Assembly (NCBI GenBank): GCA_965224025.1
Contig: OZ245033.1
Span: 1,696,001 to 1,760,000 of the forward strand
DNA: 64,000 nucleotides
Reading direction: 5' to 3'
Source: Candidatus Multivorans sp.
GTDB taxonomy: Bacteria; Acidobacteriota; Thermoanaerobaculia; Multivoradales; Multivoraceae
Shown here: one piece after another, positions 19,293 to 29,477 of the stretch
How positions within the stretch are numbered: the first letter of the stretch is position 1
How the letters are laid out: every line of letters begins with the position of its first letter
The notes under the pieces: generated by a model
Told to the model about the DNA's origin: nothing
The model's database searches: none
Seen by the model: the letters and a program-made list of their open reading frames with translations, nothing else
Position numbers and translations under genes: made by a program

Positions 19293-22200
19293 TTACATGC
19301 TGCGCCGGTACTCGCCGCCGACCCGGTACAGCGCGTCCGAGATCTGCCCGAGCGAGCAGTGCTTCACCGTTTCCATCAACTCCTCGAAGACGTTGCCGCG
19401 ACGGCGCGCCACGTCCTGTAGCCGCTCCAAAGCCGCCGCTGAGTGTCCGCCATGACGGCGGTGGAAGGCGGCGAGGCTGTCGATCTGCTGCTGCTTCTCC
19501 TCGTTCGTCGAGCGGATGAGCTCCGCCTCGACCGTCTCCGCGAACTCCTGGCCCTCGGCCAGGAACGTGTTGACGCCGACCACGGGCAGGCTGCCGTCGT
19601 GCTTCTTCGCCTCGTACTCCATGCTCTCGTCCTGGATCTTCGAGCGCTGGTACATCGTGTCCATCGCCGCCAGCACGCCGCCGCGCTCGGACAGGCGCTC
19701 GAACTCCAGGTAGACCGCCTCCTCGACCGCGTCGGTGAGCTGGTCGAGCGCAAAGGACCCCTGCCAGGGATTCTCGCTGCGGTTGAGCCCGAACTCGCGG
19801 TTGATGATCAACTGGATCGCAAGCGCCCGCCGCACGGACTGCTCGGTGGGCGTCGTGATCGCCTCGTCGAAGGCGTTCGTGTGCAGTGAGTTGCAACGGT
19901 CGAGAATGCCGTAGAGCGCCTGCAGCGTGGTGCGGATGTCGTTGAACTGGATCTCCTGGGCGTGCAGCGATCGTCCAGAGGTCTGGATGTGGTACTTCAG
20001 CATCTGGCTGCGGGAGGAGGCGCCGTACCTCTCGCGCATGGCCCGCGCCCAGAGGCGGCGGGCTACGCGGCCGATCACCGCGTACTCCGGGTCCATGCCG
20101 TTCGAGAAGAAGAACGACAGGTTCGGGGCGAAGTCGTCGATCTCCATGCCCCGCGCCAGGTAGTACTCGACGATCGTGAAGCCGTTGGCGAGCGTGAACG
20201 CCAACTGAGTGATCGGGTTCGCGCCGGCTTCGGCGATGTGGTAGCCGCTGACCGAGGCGCTGTAGTAGTTACGGACGTTGTGGTCGATGAAGAACTGCTG
20301 GACGTCGCCCATCATGCGTAGCGAGAACTCGGTCGAGAAGATGCAGGTGTTCTGGGCCTGGTCTTCTTTCAGGATGTCGGCCTGGACCGTGCCGCGGACC
20401 CGGCTCAGGGCATCCGCCCGGATGCGTTCGTAGACCTCGCGCTCGACGACCTGGTCGCCCGAAATGCCGAGCAACCCCAGGCCCAGGCCGTCGCTGTCTT
20501 CCGGCAGCTCGCCGCGGTAGACCGGCGCGTCGCCGGCGCCGCGGCGGCTGATCTCGGTCCGCGCGCCTTCCAGGCCGCCGCTCTCCCGCAGGTGCCGCTC
20601 GATCTGCTGGTCGATCGCGGCGTTCATGAAGAAGGCCAGGATGGTCGGAGCGGGGCCGTTGATCGTCATCGACACGGAGGTCGCCGGATCGCACAGGTCG
20701 AAACCCGAGTAGAGCCGCTTCATGTCGTCGACCGTGGCGATCGAGACGCCCGAGTTGCCGACCTTGCCCCAGATGTCGGGCCGGAGCCCCGGGTCCGAGC
20801 CGTAGAGCGTGACCGAGTCGAACGCGGTCGACAGTCGGCTGGCAGGCTGCCCGCGAGATACGTAGTGGAAGCGACGGTTCGTGCGCTCCGCGATCCCCTC
20901 GCCCGCGAACATGCGCGTCGGCTCTTCGCTGCTGCGCCGGTAGGGATAGACCCCGGCGGTGTACGGGTAGGCACCCGGGAGGTTGTGCTTCAGCAGGAAA
21001 CGCAGCAGATCGCCCCAGTCGGAGTACTCCGGCAGCGCCAGCTTCGGCATCCGCAGGTGACTCAGCGTGGTCACGTAGTTGTTGCCGGTGACCGCGCGTC
21101 CCCGAACCGGGTAGCTGTACTCGTCCGCGCGAGCGGCACGGGCGCGCTGCGGCCAGTCCCGCAACAGCTCCACCGCCTCGGCGCCGACTTCCGCCAGCGC
21201 CTCCTGGTAGGTCCGGCGCAGGCGCGCCAGGCTCTCGTCGGTCGCCGTCTCCAGGGCTACCGCCGCGTAGGTCTCAAGCGGTTCAGGCAGTTCCGGGTCG
21301 TCCAGTTCGGCCAGCGCCCGGTAGCAGCCGTGCGCCTTCGACGCGGCGGCGGCAAGCCGTGCGACGTCACTCTCCGCCCCGCGCCCGGCCTCCGCGATCT
21401 CGGCCAGGTGGCGGCTGCGGTTGTCCGGGATCAGCACCGCCGCACTCGGTTCCCCCTCATCCAGGTCGACCTCGGGCATCCAGACGCTCTCGTTCAGGCC
21501 GAGCCGCTCCCGCAGAAGCCGGCACACGTTCCAGAACATCCAGTTGACGCCGGGATCCTGGAACTGGCTGGCGATCGTCGGATAGACCGGCACGTCCTCG
21601 TCGGCGGTCTCGAAGGCAAGGCGGTTCCGCCTCCACTGTTTGCGCACATCGCGGAGGGCGTCCTGGACGCCGCGCCGATCGAACTTGTTCAGGACGATCA
21701 CGTCCGCGAAGTCGAGCATGTCGATCTTCTCGAGCTGGCTCGCCGCCCCGTAGTCCGACGTCATCACGTAGACCGAGAGATCGGCCAGATCGACGATCTC
21801 GCTGTCGCTCTGACCGATACCGGCGGTCTCCACCAGGACCAGGGAGAAGCCGGAGGCCTTGAGCAACGCGATGGCGTCCCCCAGCACTTCGCTGGTCGCG
21901 CGATGCTGCCGGCGGGTTGCCATCGAGCGCATGAACACCCGGTCGCTACGCAGGCTGTTCATGCGGATGCGGTCGCCGAGCAGGGCGCCGCCGGTGCGCC
22001 GCCGGGTCGGATCCACCGCCAGGACGGCGATCCGCATCCCGGCAGCCTCGCTCGGGAAGCAATCGACGAAGCGGTTCAGGAGCTCGTCGGCGACGCTGCT
22101 CTTGCCGGCGCCGCCGGTGCCGGTCAGACCGACCACCGGCACCCCGGCGCCTGCGAGCCGCCACTCCTTGCGCAGCCGTCGCAGCTCCGACTCGTCCAGT

Positions 22201-22757
22201 GCCCCGCGCTCGACCGCCGAGAGCATGCGCGACAACTCGCCGTCGCCGTCCGGGTTCGCAGCCACCCGCACTCGAAACCGCGGCGCCGGTGAAGGCCGGC
22301 GCTTCGCGTGGACGCGTTCGACGACATCGTCGATCATCGCCGGCAGACCCATCTTCAGGCCGTCGTCCGGGTGGTACAAGCGTTCGACGCCGTACTCCTG
22401 GAGCGCCGCGATCTCCTCGGGCGTGATCGTGCCGCCGCCGCCGCCGAAGACCTGCACGTGGCCGGCGCCCTCCTCCGCCAGACGATCGATCATGTAGCGG
22501 AAGAACTCGATGTGGCCGCCCTGATACGAGCTGATCGCGATCGCGTCGGCGTCTTCCTGCACCGCCGCGCGCACGATTTCGTCGACGCCGCGGTTGTGGC
22601 CCAGGTGAATGACCTCGGCGCCGCGGTCCTGGATCATCCGCCGCATGATGTGGATCGCCGCGTCGTGACCGTCGAAGAGCGACGCCGCGGTCACGAAGCG
22701 CAGCGGACTCGCATCCCGGTCGGGACGAAGACTGCGCCTTGGTTCGGGTGTGGTCAT
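19293..22757 (-). CDS. icmF: Fused isobutyryl-CoA mutase / MeaB-type GTPase chaperone
   Basis: N-terminal B12-binding ASLFDGHDAAI, GTGGAGKSS P-loop, ETAGIGQ, mutase domain (TRMFAGEG, STAFDSVTLYG, QADILKEDQAQN); 1154 aa. Confidence 0.95.
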   Translation of the reverse strand: MTTPEPRRSLRPDRDASPLRFVTAASLFDGHDAAIHIMRRMIQDRGAEVIHLGHNRGVDEIVRAAVQEDADAIAISSYQGGHIEFFRYMIDRLAEEGAGHVQVFGGGGGTITPEEIAALQEYGVERLYHPDDGLKMGLPAMIDDVVERVHAKRRPSPAPRFRVRVAANPDGDGELSRMLSAVERGALDESELRRLRKEWRLAGAGVPVVGLTGTGGAGKSSVADELLNRFVDCFPSEAAGMRIAVLAVDPTRRRTGGALLGDRIRMNSLRSDRVFMRSMATRRQHRATSEVLGDAIALLKASGFSLVLVETAGIGQSDSEIVDLADLSVYVMTSDYGAASQLEKIDMLDFADVIVLNKFDRRGVQDALRDVRKQWRRNRLAFETADEDVPVYPTIASQFQDPGVNWMFWNVCRLLRERLGLNESVWMPEVDLDEGEPSAAVLIPDNRSRHLAEIAEAGRGAESDVARLAAAASKAHGCYRALAELDDPELPEPLETYAAVALETATDESLARLRRTYQEALAEVGAEAVELLRDWPQRARAARADEYSYPVRGRAVTGNNYVTTLSHLRMPKLALPEYSDWGDLLRFLLKHNLPGAYPYTAGVYPYRRSSEEPTRMFAGEGIAERTNRRFHYVSRGQPASRLSTAFDSVTLYGSDPGLRPDIWGKVGNSGVSIATVDDMKRLYSGFDLCDPATSVSMTINGPAPTILAFFMNAAIDQQIERHLRESGGLEGARTEISRRGAGDAPVYRGELPEDSDGLGLGLLGISGDQVVEREVYERIRADALSRVRGTVQADILKEDQAQNTCIFSTEFSLRMMGDVQQFFIDHNVRNYYSASVSGYHIAEAGANPITQLAFTLANGFTIVEYYLARGMEIDDFAPNLSFFFSNGMDPEYAVIGRVARRLWARAMRERYGASSRSQMLKYHIQTSGRSLHAQEIQFNDIRTTLQALYGILDRCNSLHTNAFDEAITTPTEQSVRRALAIQLIINREFGLNRSENPWQGSFALDQLTDAVEEAVYLEFERLSERGGVLAAMDTMYQRSKIQDESMEYEAKKHDGSLPVVGVNTFLAEGQEFAETVEAELIRSTNEEKQQQIDSLAAFHRRHGGHSAAALERLQDVARRRGNVFEELMETVKHCSLGQISDALYRVGGEYRRSM

Positions 22758-22923
22758 GACTCGGTGCGCCTAAGGGACAACGCCTGCCGGCAGTCTACCG
22801 CCGAGCCGTGAGAAACACGGGGTGCGCCGGCCTTCTGCAGAGTAAGCTGCCGCCCAACGACATCAAGCTGGACCGGCGGCAACCAGCGTTCCAGTTTGTC
22901 CAATCCGCTCCCGGAGTCTCCCC

Positions 22924-23589
22924 TTGAGAACGTCGATTCCCTTCTCCGCTCTGCTCCTCCTTGCCGGCCTCCTGCTGGCGGTAGCGCCCGCCGCGTCGCA
23001 GGACCGGGCGTCGTCCGGAACCGCTTCGATCGCCTCGGCCGACGAGCAAGCCGCGGCGGCGCGGCGCGAACTGCTGCGCCGCTTCCGCTACGGCAACCTG
23101 GCCGAGATCGAGTTGAGCGGCAAGAAGGTGATGGTCTCCTACGCCGATCTGGCGACGGACAGCGACGACTACCGCGCCTTCGAGGCGCTGGAGGTCGGCG
23201 AAGTCTCGGCCTGGCAGAGCGGCAAGGCGATCAAGTTCATCGCCCATGTCTCGCTCTCCTTCGGCGACGTCACCGTGCCCTACGGCAACCACTCGCCGGA
23301 CTACCCCGGCGTCTACAGCCTGTGGCCCAGGCGCACCGCGGACGGCTGGCGCCTGGTCTTCAACTCCGAGGGCGACATCTGGGGCACCCAGCGCGACGCG
23401 GCGGCGGACGCGGCTGAAGTGCCTCTCGAGCACTCCCGGGCCGACGAACCGACCGACAAACTGACGGTCGAGTTCCTGGAGGTCGAACCGGGCGCGAAAG
23501 CGCTTCCGAAGGAAGCGGCAGGGGAGAAAGTTCTTCGGATCGCCTGGGGCGACCACCAGTTCCTGGCGGCGTTCGAAGCAGCGCCGTAG
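22924..23589 (+). CDS. Secreted DUF2911-like protein
   Basis: Signal peptide; PGVYSLW...WRLVFNSEGDIWGTQ, LRIAWG. Confidence 0.65.
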   Translation: MRTSIPFSALLLLAGLLLAVAPAASQDRASSGTASIASADEQAAAARRELLRRFRYGNLAEIELSGKKVMVSYADLATDSDDYRAFEALEVGEVSAWQSGKAIKFIAHVSLSFGDVTVPYGNHSPDYPGVYSLWPRRTADGWRLVFNSEGDIWGTQRDAAADAAEVPLEHSRADEPTDKLTVEFLEVEPGAKALPKEAAGEKVLRIAWGDHQFLAAFEAAP

Positions 23590-23598
23590 CTGGACCTG

Positions 23599-24933
23599 CT
23601 ACGCCTTCGTCACGCCCGGCACCGCGACCGCGTAGCGGCCGTTCTCGTCCGGCAGCGTCGGCGGGGCGGCGTCCCATGCGTAGGTCGCCGGCGCCAGTGA
23701 CACGTCCGACTTGATCGCATCCTTCCAGGTGATCTTCTTGCCGCTGTAGGTCGCCATGCGGCCCAGGACGGCCGTCATCGTGGCGATGGCGCCGTTCTTC
23801 GCCTCGTTGAACGGCTTGTCCTCGCGGATCGCCTCGAACAGGCGGTCGTGCTCGACCTGGTAGGGACTCTTCTCGTCCTCCGGCTCGTGCTGGTTCCAGC
23901 CGCCGGACGCCTCGATCAGGCCGGACGCGAGGCTCGCCCGCCCCTTGCTGCCGTGGGCGTACTCGGCGACCTGATCCCAGCAGTTCTGGATGTGCCGGCA
24001 CTGGCTCAGCATGACCGCGCCGTCGTCGTAGGTGTACTCGACGAAGTGGTGGTCGAAGATCTCGCCGTGGTCGGGGCCGTTGCGCCACTGGCGTCCGCCC
24101 TGGCCCTGAGCCTCGACCGGATGCCCTCCCTTGACCCAGTTGCCGACGTCGATGTTGTGGATGTGCTGCTCGACGATGTGATCGCCGCAGAGCCAGTTGA
24201 AGTAGTACCAGTTGCGCATCTGGTACTCCATCTCGGTCTGGCCCGGCTTGCGCTCCCGCACCCAGACGCCCGAGCCGTTCCAGTAGACGCGGAGCGCCAC
24301 GACATCGCCGATCGCTCCGTCGTGGATACGCCTGATCGTCTCGTTGTACATTCCGCTGTGGTGACGCTGCAGACCGACGCCGACCTTGAGGTTCTTCTCC
24401 CTGGCCGCCTTGGCCGCCTTGAGCACACGCCGCACACCCGGCGCGTCGACCGCGACCGGCTTCTCCATGAACACGTGCTTGCCCTGCTCGACCGCGTACT
24501 CGAAGTGCTCGGGCCGGAAGCCCGGCGGCGTCGCGTGGACGACAACGTCGACGCCGGAGTCGATGACCTTACGGTAGGCGTCGAAGCCGACATAGCGGTT
24601 CTCGGCCGGCACCTGGAGACGCTTGCCGTTGTCGAGCGATCCGTTCTCACCCAGCTCGACGAGACGCTCGTAGCAGTTCTCGAGACGGTCCTCGAACGCG
24701 TCGGCCATGGCCACCAGCTCGACCGGTCCCGAGGTCGACAGGGCCTGCGCCGCGGCGCCCGTGCCGCGGCCGCCGCAGCCGATCAGGCCGATCCGCAGCG
24801 TGGCATCACCGCGGGCGCGCCCCACGTCCGAGTTCGTGTTCGTGGCAGCCGCCGCGGTCCCGCCGCCGACTCCGCCCGCCAGCAGGGCCGCCGAGGCCCC
24901 GGTGATGAAACTGCGCCTGGAGGTTGTGTCCAT
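23599..24933 (-). CDS. Tat-exported Gfo/Idh/MocA oxidoreductase
   Basis: SRRSFI Tat motif, GLIGCGGRG, FMEKPVAVD, EQHIHNID. Confidence 0.92.
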   Translation of the reverse strand: MDTTSRRSFITGASAALLAGGVGGGTAAAATNTNSDVGRARGDATLRIGLIGCGGRGTGAAAQALSTSGPVELVAMADAFEDRLENCYERLVELGENGSLDNGKRLQVPAENRYVGFDAYRKVIDSGVDVVVHATPPGFRPEHFEYAVEQGKHVFMEKPVAVDAPGVRRVLKAAKAAREKNLKVGVGLQRHHSGMYNETIRRIHDGAIGDVVALRVYWNGSGVWVRERKPGQTEMEYQMRNWYYFNWLCGDHIVEQHIHNIDVGNWVKGGHPVEAQGQGGRQWRNGPDHGEIFDHHFVEYTYDDGAVMLSQCRHIQNCWDQVAEYAHGSKGRASLASGLIEASGGWNQHEPEDEKSPYQVEHDRLFEAIREDKPFNEAKNGAIATMTAVLGRMATYSGKKITWKDAIKSDVSLAPATYAWDAAPPTLPDENGRYAVAVPGVTKA

Positions 24934-25047
24934 GGTGTCTCCCCGCACCTGCAAAGGTGCCGTCGTCGTCGATCCGTATCGGTCTAGCCTTGTTCCTTGG
25001 TCGCCATACTTTAACGCTGACCGTTGCCTCCGCTACCATCCGCCGCC

Positions 25048-25197
25048 ATGAACGACCTCGAAACGCTCCGCTTCGAACTCGCGGACAACGTAGCCCGGAT
25101 CACCCTCAACCGGCCCGACGCGGCCGGCACGGAGGATGCAGCCGAAGGCATCGCCGCCTTCTTCGAGAAGCGCCGGGCGAACTTCCGGGGCCGCGGA
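25048..25197 (+). pseudogene. Enoyl-CoA hydratase (crotonase) remnant with the centre deleted
   Basis: N-terminal VARITLNRPDA fused directly to C-terminal TEDAAEGIAAFFEKRRANFRGR. Confidence 0.8.
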
Positions 25198-25207
25198 GGC
25201 AGTTCCC

Positions 25208-26299
25208 GTGCTGAAAGGGCTCCCGATCCTGGTCGCGCTGTTCCTCGCCGCGGTCCAGGAACCGGGCGTCGGCCGCTATCCGGACATGCCGCCGGGCCGG
25301 CCGCCAACCGTCGACGTGCCCGCCGCGGACGCAGCCACCGAAACCGAAATGCGGCCCTACCGCGAGAGGGTCGCCGGCGTCAGCGCCGAAGGCGGCGAGA
25401 CGCACCTCGACATGGCGCCGGTTCCGGGCGGTGAGTTCCAACTAGGCAGCCCGGAGAACGAGGCCGGGCGCGGCGACCTGGAGTCTCCGCGTCGCCGCGT
25501 GCGGGTCGGCCCGTTCTGGATGGCGACCCACGAGACGACCTGGGACCTGTACCGCGTCTTCATGTTCGACACGGACCGCGGCGGCGAGGAGCCCGGCGCC
25601 CCCTGGGCCGACGCCGTCAGCAGGCCGACGCCGCCCTACCGGCCGATGGACTTCGGCATGGGCGTCGAGGGCTTCCCCGCGATCTCGATGACTCAGTTCG
25701 CGGCCCGGCAGTTCACCAAGTGGCTCTCGATGAAGACCGGCCGCTTCTACCGTCTGCCGACCGAAACCGAGTGGGAGTACGCCTGCCGTGCCGGGACGGA
25801 GACCGCATGGTCCTTCGGCGACGACGCGGCGATTATCGACGGCTTCGCCTGGCATGCCGGCAACAGCGGCCGCCGTTACCAGCAGGTGGCCCAGCTCGAA
25901 GCGAACGCGTGGGGCCTCTTCGACCTGCACGGCAATGTGGCCGAATGGACCCTCGACGCCTACGCCGACTACGCCGCACTGGGCGAAGGCGACCTCCTGG
26001 TCGAGCCGATCGCCTGGCCGGCCAAGGAATTTCCTCGCAGCGTCCGGGGCGGATCCTGGCAGGACGAGCCGGTGGCGCTGCGCTGCGCCGCGCGACGCGC
26101 CTCGGAACTCTCCTGGAAGCGGATGGACCCGCAGATTCCCCAGAGCGTCTGGTACCACACGAACGCCCGCTTCCTCGGCCTCCGGGTCGTGCGACCGCTG
26201 GTTGAGCCTTCCCCGGAAGAACAGCTCGAGTACTGGGAGCCGGACCTGGACTCGGTACGCAGAATCGTCGATCGCCAGAGACGCGGCGAACGCGACTGA
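25208..26299 (+). CDS. FGE-sulfatase (SUMF1/formylglycine-generating enzyme fold) domain protein, secreted
   Basis: VPGGEFQLGS, YRLPTETEWEYACRAG, NAWGLFDLHGNVAEW, RGGSW; GTG 25208 behind GGAGG. Confidence 0.88.
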   Translation: MLKGLPILVALFLAAVQEPGVGRYPDMPPGRPPTVDVPAADAATETEMRPYRERVAGVSAEGGETHLDMAPVPGGEFQLGSPENEAGRGDLESPRRRVRVGPFWMATHETTWDLYRVFMFDTDRGGEEPGAPWADAVSRPTPPYRPMDFGMGVEGFPAISMTQFAARQFTKWLSMKTGRFYRLPTETEWEYACRAGTETAWSFGDDAAIIDGFAWHAGNSGRRYQQVAQLEANAWGLFDLHGNVAEWTLDAYADYAALGEGDLLVEPIAWPAKEFPRSVRGGSWQDEPVALRCAARRASELSWKRMDPQIPQSVWYHTNARFLGLRVVRPLVEPSPEEQLEYWEPDLDSVRRIVDRQRRGERD

Positions 26300-27197
26300 C
26301 TACTCCGGCAGCTCTACCGCGAGCCGCAGCGTCGGGTGCGTCTCCGGCGCGGCGAGGGCGTTCAACACGGCGAAGGACAGCTCGAAGTCCGCGGCGTTCT
26401 CCCCGGTCACGGAGAGTTCCACCGTTCCGTAGGACCCCACGTTGACTACGGCGCCGCGATCGTAGAGACGCTGCGGGCCGACGCTCAGAAGCTCAACGAC
26501 CCGCCTGAGCGGTTCGCGAGCGCCACCGTCACCACGCTGCCTCCCCGATACCTGACGCCCGAAACCACCAGAGTCGCTTCGAGCAGGGGGACCACGACGT
26601 CCTCCCGTCCGATCAGCTCGTTGCCTTTCCAGGCGGCCGTGCGGTTGGCATGCAAGGCCTCCCGGATGGATTCCGCAGTCCGCTCCTCGGCCAGGACCAG
26701 GGTTGCCGTTCTGTGACCGCCGCCGTGGACGTCGTAGTCGCAGTCGATCAGACCGTGCACGTCCGAAACACCGAGAACGGCGAGGTCGTAGTCGAGCGCG
26801 ATCTGGAGCGCCTCCGCCTAGTACGTGTGCTCGTTCGCCACCTCGATCCCGTGTAGCAGGCCGTCCGCGATCAACCGGCGGTGCATGTCCGTAAGCCTGG
26901 CCACTCCGTCACGCCGCTGGGGAATCCAGTTCCCCGGCGCGGGGTTGATACTCCAGATGTTCGGTCACGGCGAGCAGGGCAAGGCCGTCCCGCTCAGACT
27001 TCTGGACCCGGATGACCGGCCACACCGAACCGTCCGAGAACACGGAATGGGTGTGCGGGTCGACAGCGAGCGTGCGGTAGCCGCCCACATCCGGAAACTC
27101 GATCGCCCGGCTCTGCGCGCCGACCGCTGTCAGAGGTGCTGCCGCGACCAGGGGACAGGGTCATTGCAACACCTGCTTCGCCTACCCGTCCCTTCAT
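26300..27197 (-). pseudogene. Degenerate tandem duplicate of the upstream PHP-domain phosphoesterase
   Basis: Paralogous motifs (HTHSVFSDG.VWPVIR, TEHLEYQPR, LLHGIEVAN, SDVHGLID, HRTATLV) with an internal deletion, frame changes and an in-frame TAG at 26818-26820. Confidence 0.85.
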
Positions 27198-28402
27198 TCG
27201 GCCTCGCTCGCCGGCCCCAGTTCCACGTCCAGTCGCAGGGTCGGGTGGGACTCGGGCGCCTGGAACGCGTTCAGCACCTCGAACGCCATCTCGAAGCTCG
27301 TCCGGGATTCGCCGCTGATCGCCAGGTCGAGGTCGCTGTGCGGCTCGACACGCATCACCGACGGCGGACCGTTGAAGCGGTGTCCACTCACCACTCGCAA
27401 ATCGAAGGCGGCGTCCGACACGTTCGAGAGCCTGATGTCGATCAGCTCGTCGCCGGCGCTGCGTTCCACCTTCGTCAGCAGGAGCGAAGCTTCGACCAGC
27501 GGCATCAGTACGTCTTCCCGCCCGATCAACCAGTTGCCCATCCAGGCGACTGTGCGATTCGCGTGCAGCGCCTGCTTGATCGACTCCGCGCTTCGCTCCT
27601 CGGCGAACACCAGGGTCGCCGTGCGGTGCCCGCCGGCATGCGGGAGGTAGTCCCAATCGATCAGACCGTGAATGTCGGACACGCCCAGGATCGCCAAGTC
27701 GTTGTCGAGCGCGATCTGCAGCGACTCCGCGGAGTAGAAGTCCCCGTTCGCAACCTCGATGCCGTGGAGCAGCCCATCGGCGATCAGCTGTGTGTGCATC
27801 TCGGTCAGCTTCGCGACGCCGTCGGGCCGCTGCCGCGGCCAGTTCGGGTGATTCCAGAACACGAAGGCTCCCTGCCCATTGGCCGCCTCGATCGCCTGTT
27901 GCGCCTCGCGCTCGCTCGCCTGCTGCTCCTCGGGAATGGACGGGCGGAGCCGAGTCATGTAGTCCGCCTCACCGATCTCCACGAGGAGGGCGTTCGCATC
28001 CGTGATGAACACGGCGTTCACGTGGCCCGGCGGCATGCTGCGGGTGATCTCCGCGCCGTTGACCACGATCACGTCGGACGCCACTTCCGCAGCGTACTCG
28101 CTGGCGACGGCGTGAGACCGGTTCCGGTCCGGATGCGGGATGTCCTCCCGCCGCGGCTGGTACTCGAGATGCTCGGTGACTGCCATCAGCGTCAGACCGT
28201 CCCGCTCAGACTCCTGCATGCGGATGACCGGCCACACCATGCCGTCCGAGAAGACGGAATGCGTGTGCAGGTCGACGGCGAACGTGCCGTAGCCGTCGAT
28301 GTCGGGAAACTCGATCGCGCGCTCCTGGGCGTTCAGTGCGGCTGCCGCAGCAAGCGCTGCGAAGGCCACGATCAGCGCACTGTTGGCTGGTCGACTCTTC
28401 AT
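27194..28402 (-). CDS. Secreted PHP-domain phosphoesterase (Sb-PDE-like)
   Basis: DLHTHSVFSDG, TEHLEY, GHVNA, WNHPNW, SDIHG; signal peptide. Confidence 0.85.
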   Translation of the reverse strand: MKSRPANSALIVAFAALAAAAALNAQERAIEFPDIDGYGTFAVDLHTHSVFSDGMVWPVIRMQESERDGLTLMAVTEHLEYQPRREDIPHPDRNRSHAVASEYAAEVASDVIVVNGAEITRSMPPGHVNAVFITDANALLVEIGEADYMTRLRPSIPEEQQASEREAQQAIEAANGQGAFVFWNHPNWPRQRPDGVAKLTEMHTQLIADGLLHGIEVANGDFYSAESLQIALDNDLAILGVSDIHGLIDWDYLPHAGGHRTATLVFAEERSAESIKQALHANRTVAWMGNWLIGREDVLMPLVEASLLLTKVERSAGDELIDIRLSNVSDAAFDLRVVSGHRFNGPPSVMRVEPHSDLDLAISGESRTSFEMAFEVLNAFQAPESHPTLRLDVELGPASEAE

Positions 28403-28502
28403 GTCGGGCTCCTCGTGAGTTGCGGATGTTTCCGGCTGCGTGTTCAGGGCGGCTGGATCGCCGAGGATAGCGCCGCCAACCGGTTCAGCGACAAAACCTG
28501 CA

Positions 28503-29477
28503 TCAAGAGATGGCGTCCGCGCCTCGGCGCCGACGCCAGACGTCGGTCGCCACCGCCAGCAGGATCGCCGCGCCGGTGATAATCCGCTTCGTCGGTTCGG
28601 TGGCGCCGGCCTGGGCGAGACCGGTCTGGAGCACGGCGATCACCAGCACGCCCAGGAGAGTGCCCGTCACCGACCCGCGGCCCCCAAGCAGCGACGTGCC
28701 GCCGATGACCACCGCGGCGATCGCCGACAGCTCCATTCCGATCGCGGCGTTCGGATCCGCCGACTGCAGGTAGCCGACCTGGCAGAGGCCGGCGGCCGCC
28801 GCCAGCAACCCGGCAAGCGTGAAGACCGCGAACTGAACCCGGGCCGGCCGAACGCCGCAGCGGTGGAGCGCGGTCCGGTTGCCGCCGACCGCGAAGACGT
28901 AGCGACCGAACGCGGTGCGCGAGAGCACGAACTGCAGCGCCCCGACGACGGCGAGCGAACCGATGAAGGCAACGGACAGTCCCAGGATCGGCACGTTGGC
29001 GCCGAGCGCGGCGACCCGATCACCCAGGTAGCTCGTCCTCGACTCGGTGACGAGGTACGTCGACCCGCGCGCGATCTCGAGCATCCCGAGCGTCACGAGG
29101 AAGGATGGAATGGACCAGCGCGCGACCAGGACGCCGTTGATCGCGCCGCACAACGCGCCGGCGGCAAGCGCGGCAAGCGCCGCCACGAAGAGTGGCACGC
29201 CCTGATCCACGGTCAGGACACCCAGCACGGCCGCCGCCAGAGCCAGCACCGAACCGACCGAGAGATCGATGCCGCCCGCGATCAGCACCAGGGTCAGGCC
29301 GGCCGACGCGACGACCAGCGGCGGCAACTGGTTCGCCAGGGCGCGAAACGTCAGGGCGCTCCAGAAATGGTCCGTCACCAGCCCGAAGGCCATGCAGAGG
29401 CCAAGCAGAACGAGGACCAGACCGCCCCGGTAACCGAGCGCAAAGCCGACACGCCCGCCAGGGAGGGCCAGCGTCAT
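28503..29477 (-). CDS. Sugar ABC transporter permease (RbsC-like)
   Basis: GGIDLSVGS, IPSFLVTLG, FGRYVFAVGGN, ELSAIAAVVIGGTSLLGGRG. Confidence 0.92.
   Translation of the reverse strand: MTLALPGGRVGFALGYRGGLVLVLLGLCMAFGLVTDHFWSALTFRALANQLPPLVVASAGLTLVLIAGGIDLSVGSVLALAAAVLGVLTVDQGVPLFVAALAALAAGALCGAINGVLVARWSIPSFLVTLGMLEIARGSTYLVTESRTSYLGDRVAALGANVPILGLSVAFIGSLAVVGALQFVLSRTAFGRYVFAVGGNRTALHRCGVRPARVQFAVFTLAGLLAAAAGLCQVGYLQSADPNAAIGMELSAIAAVVIGGTSLLGGRGSVTGTLLGVLVIAVLQTGLAQAGATEPTKRIITGAAILLAVATDVWRRRRGADAIS

Noticed and set aside
22758-22923. Cobalamin riboswitch upstream of icmF
   Set aside because: I could not find the conserved B12-box elements by eye; an Rfam scan would settle it.
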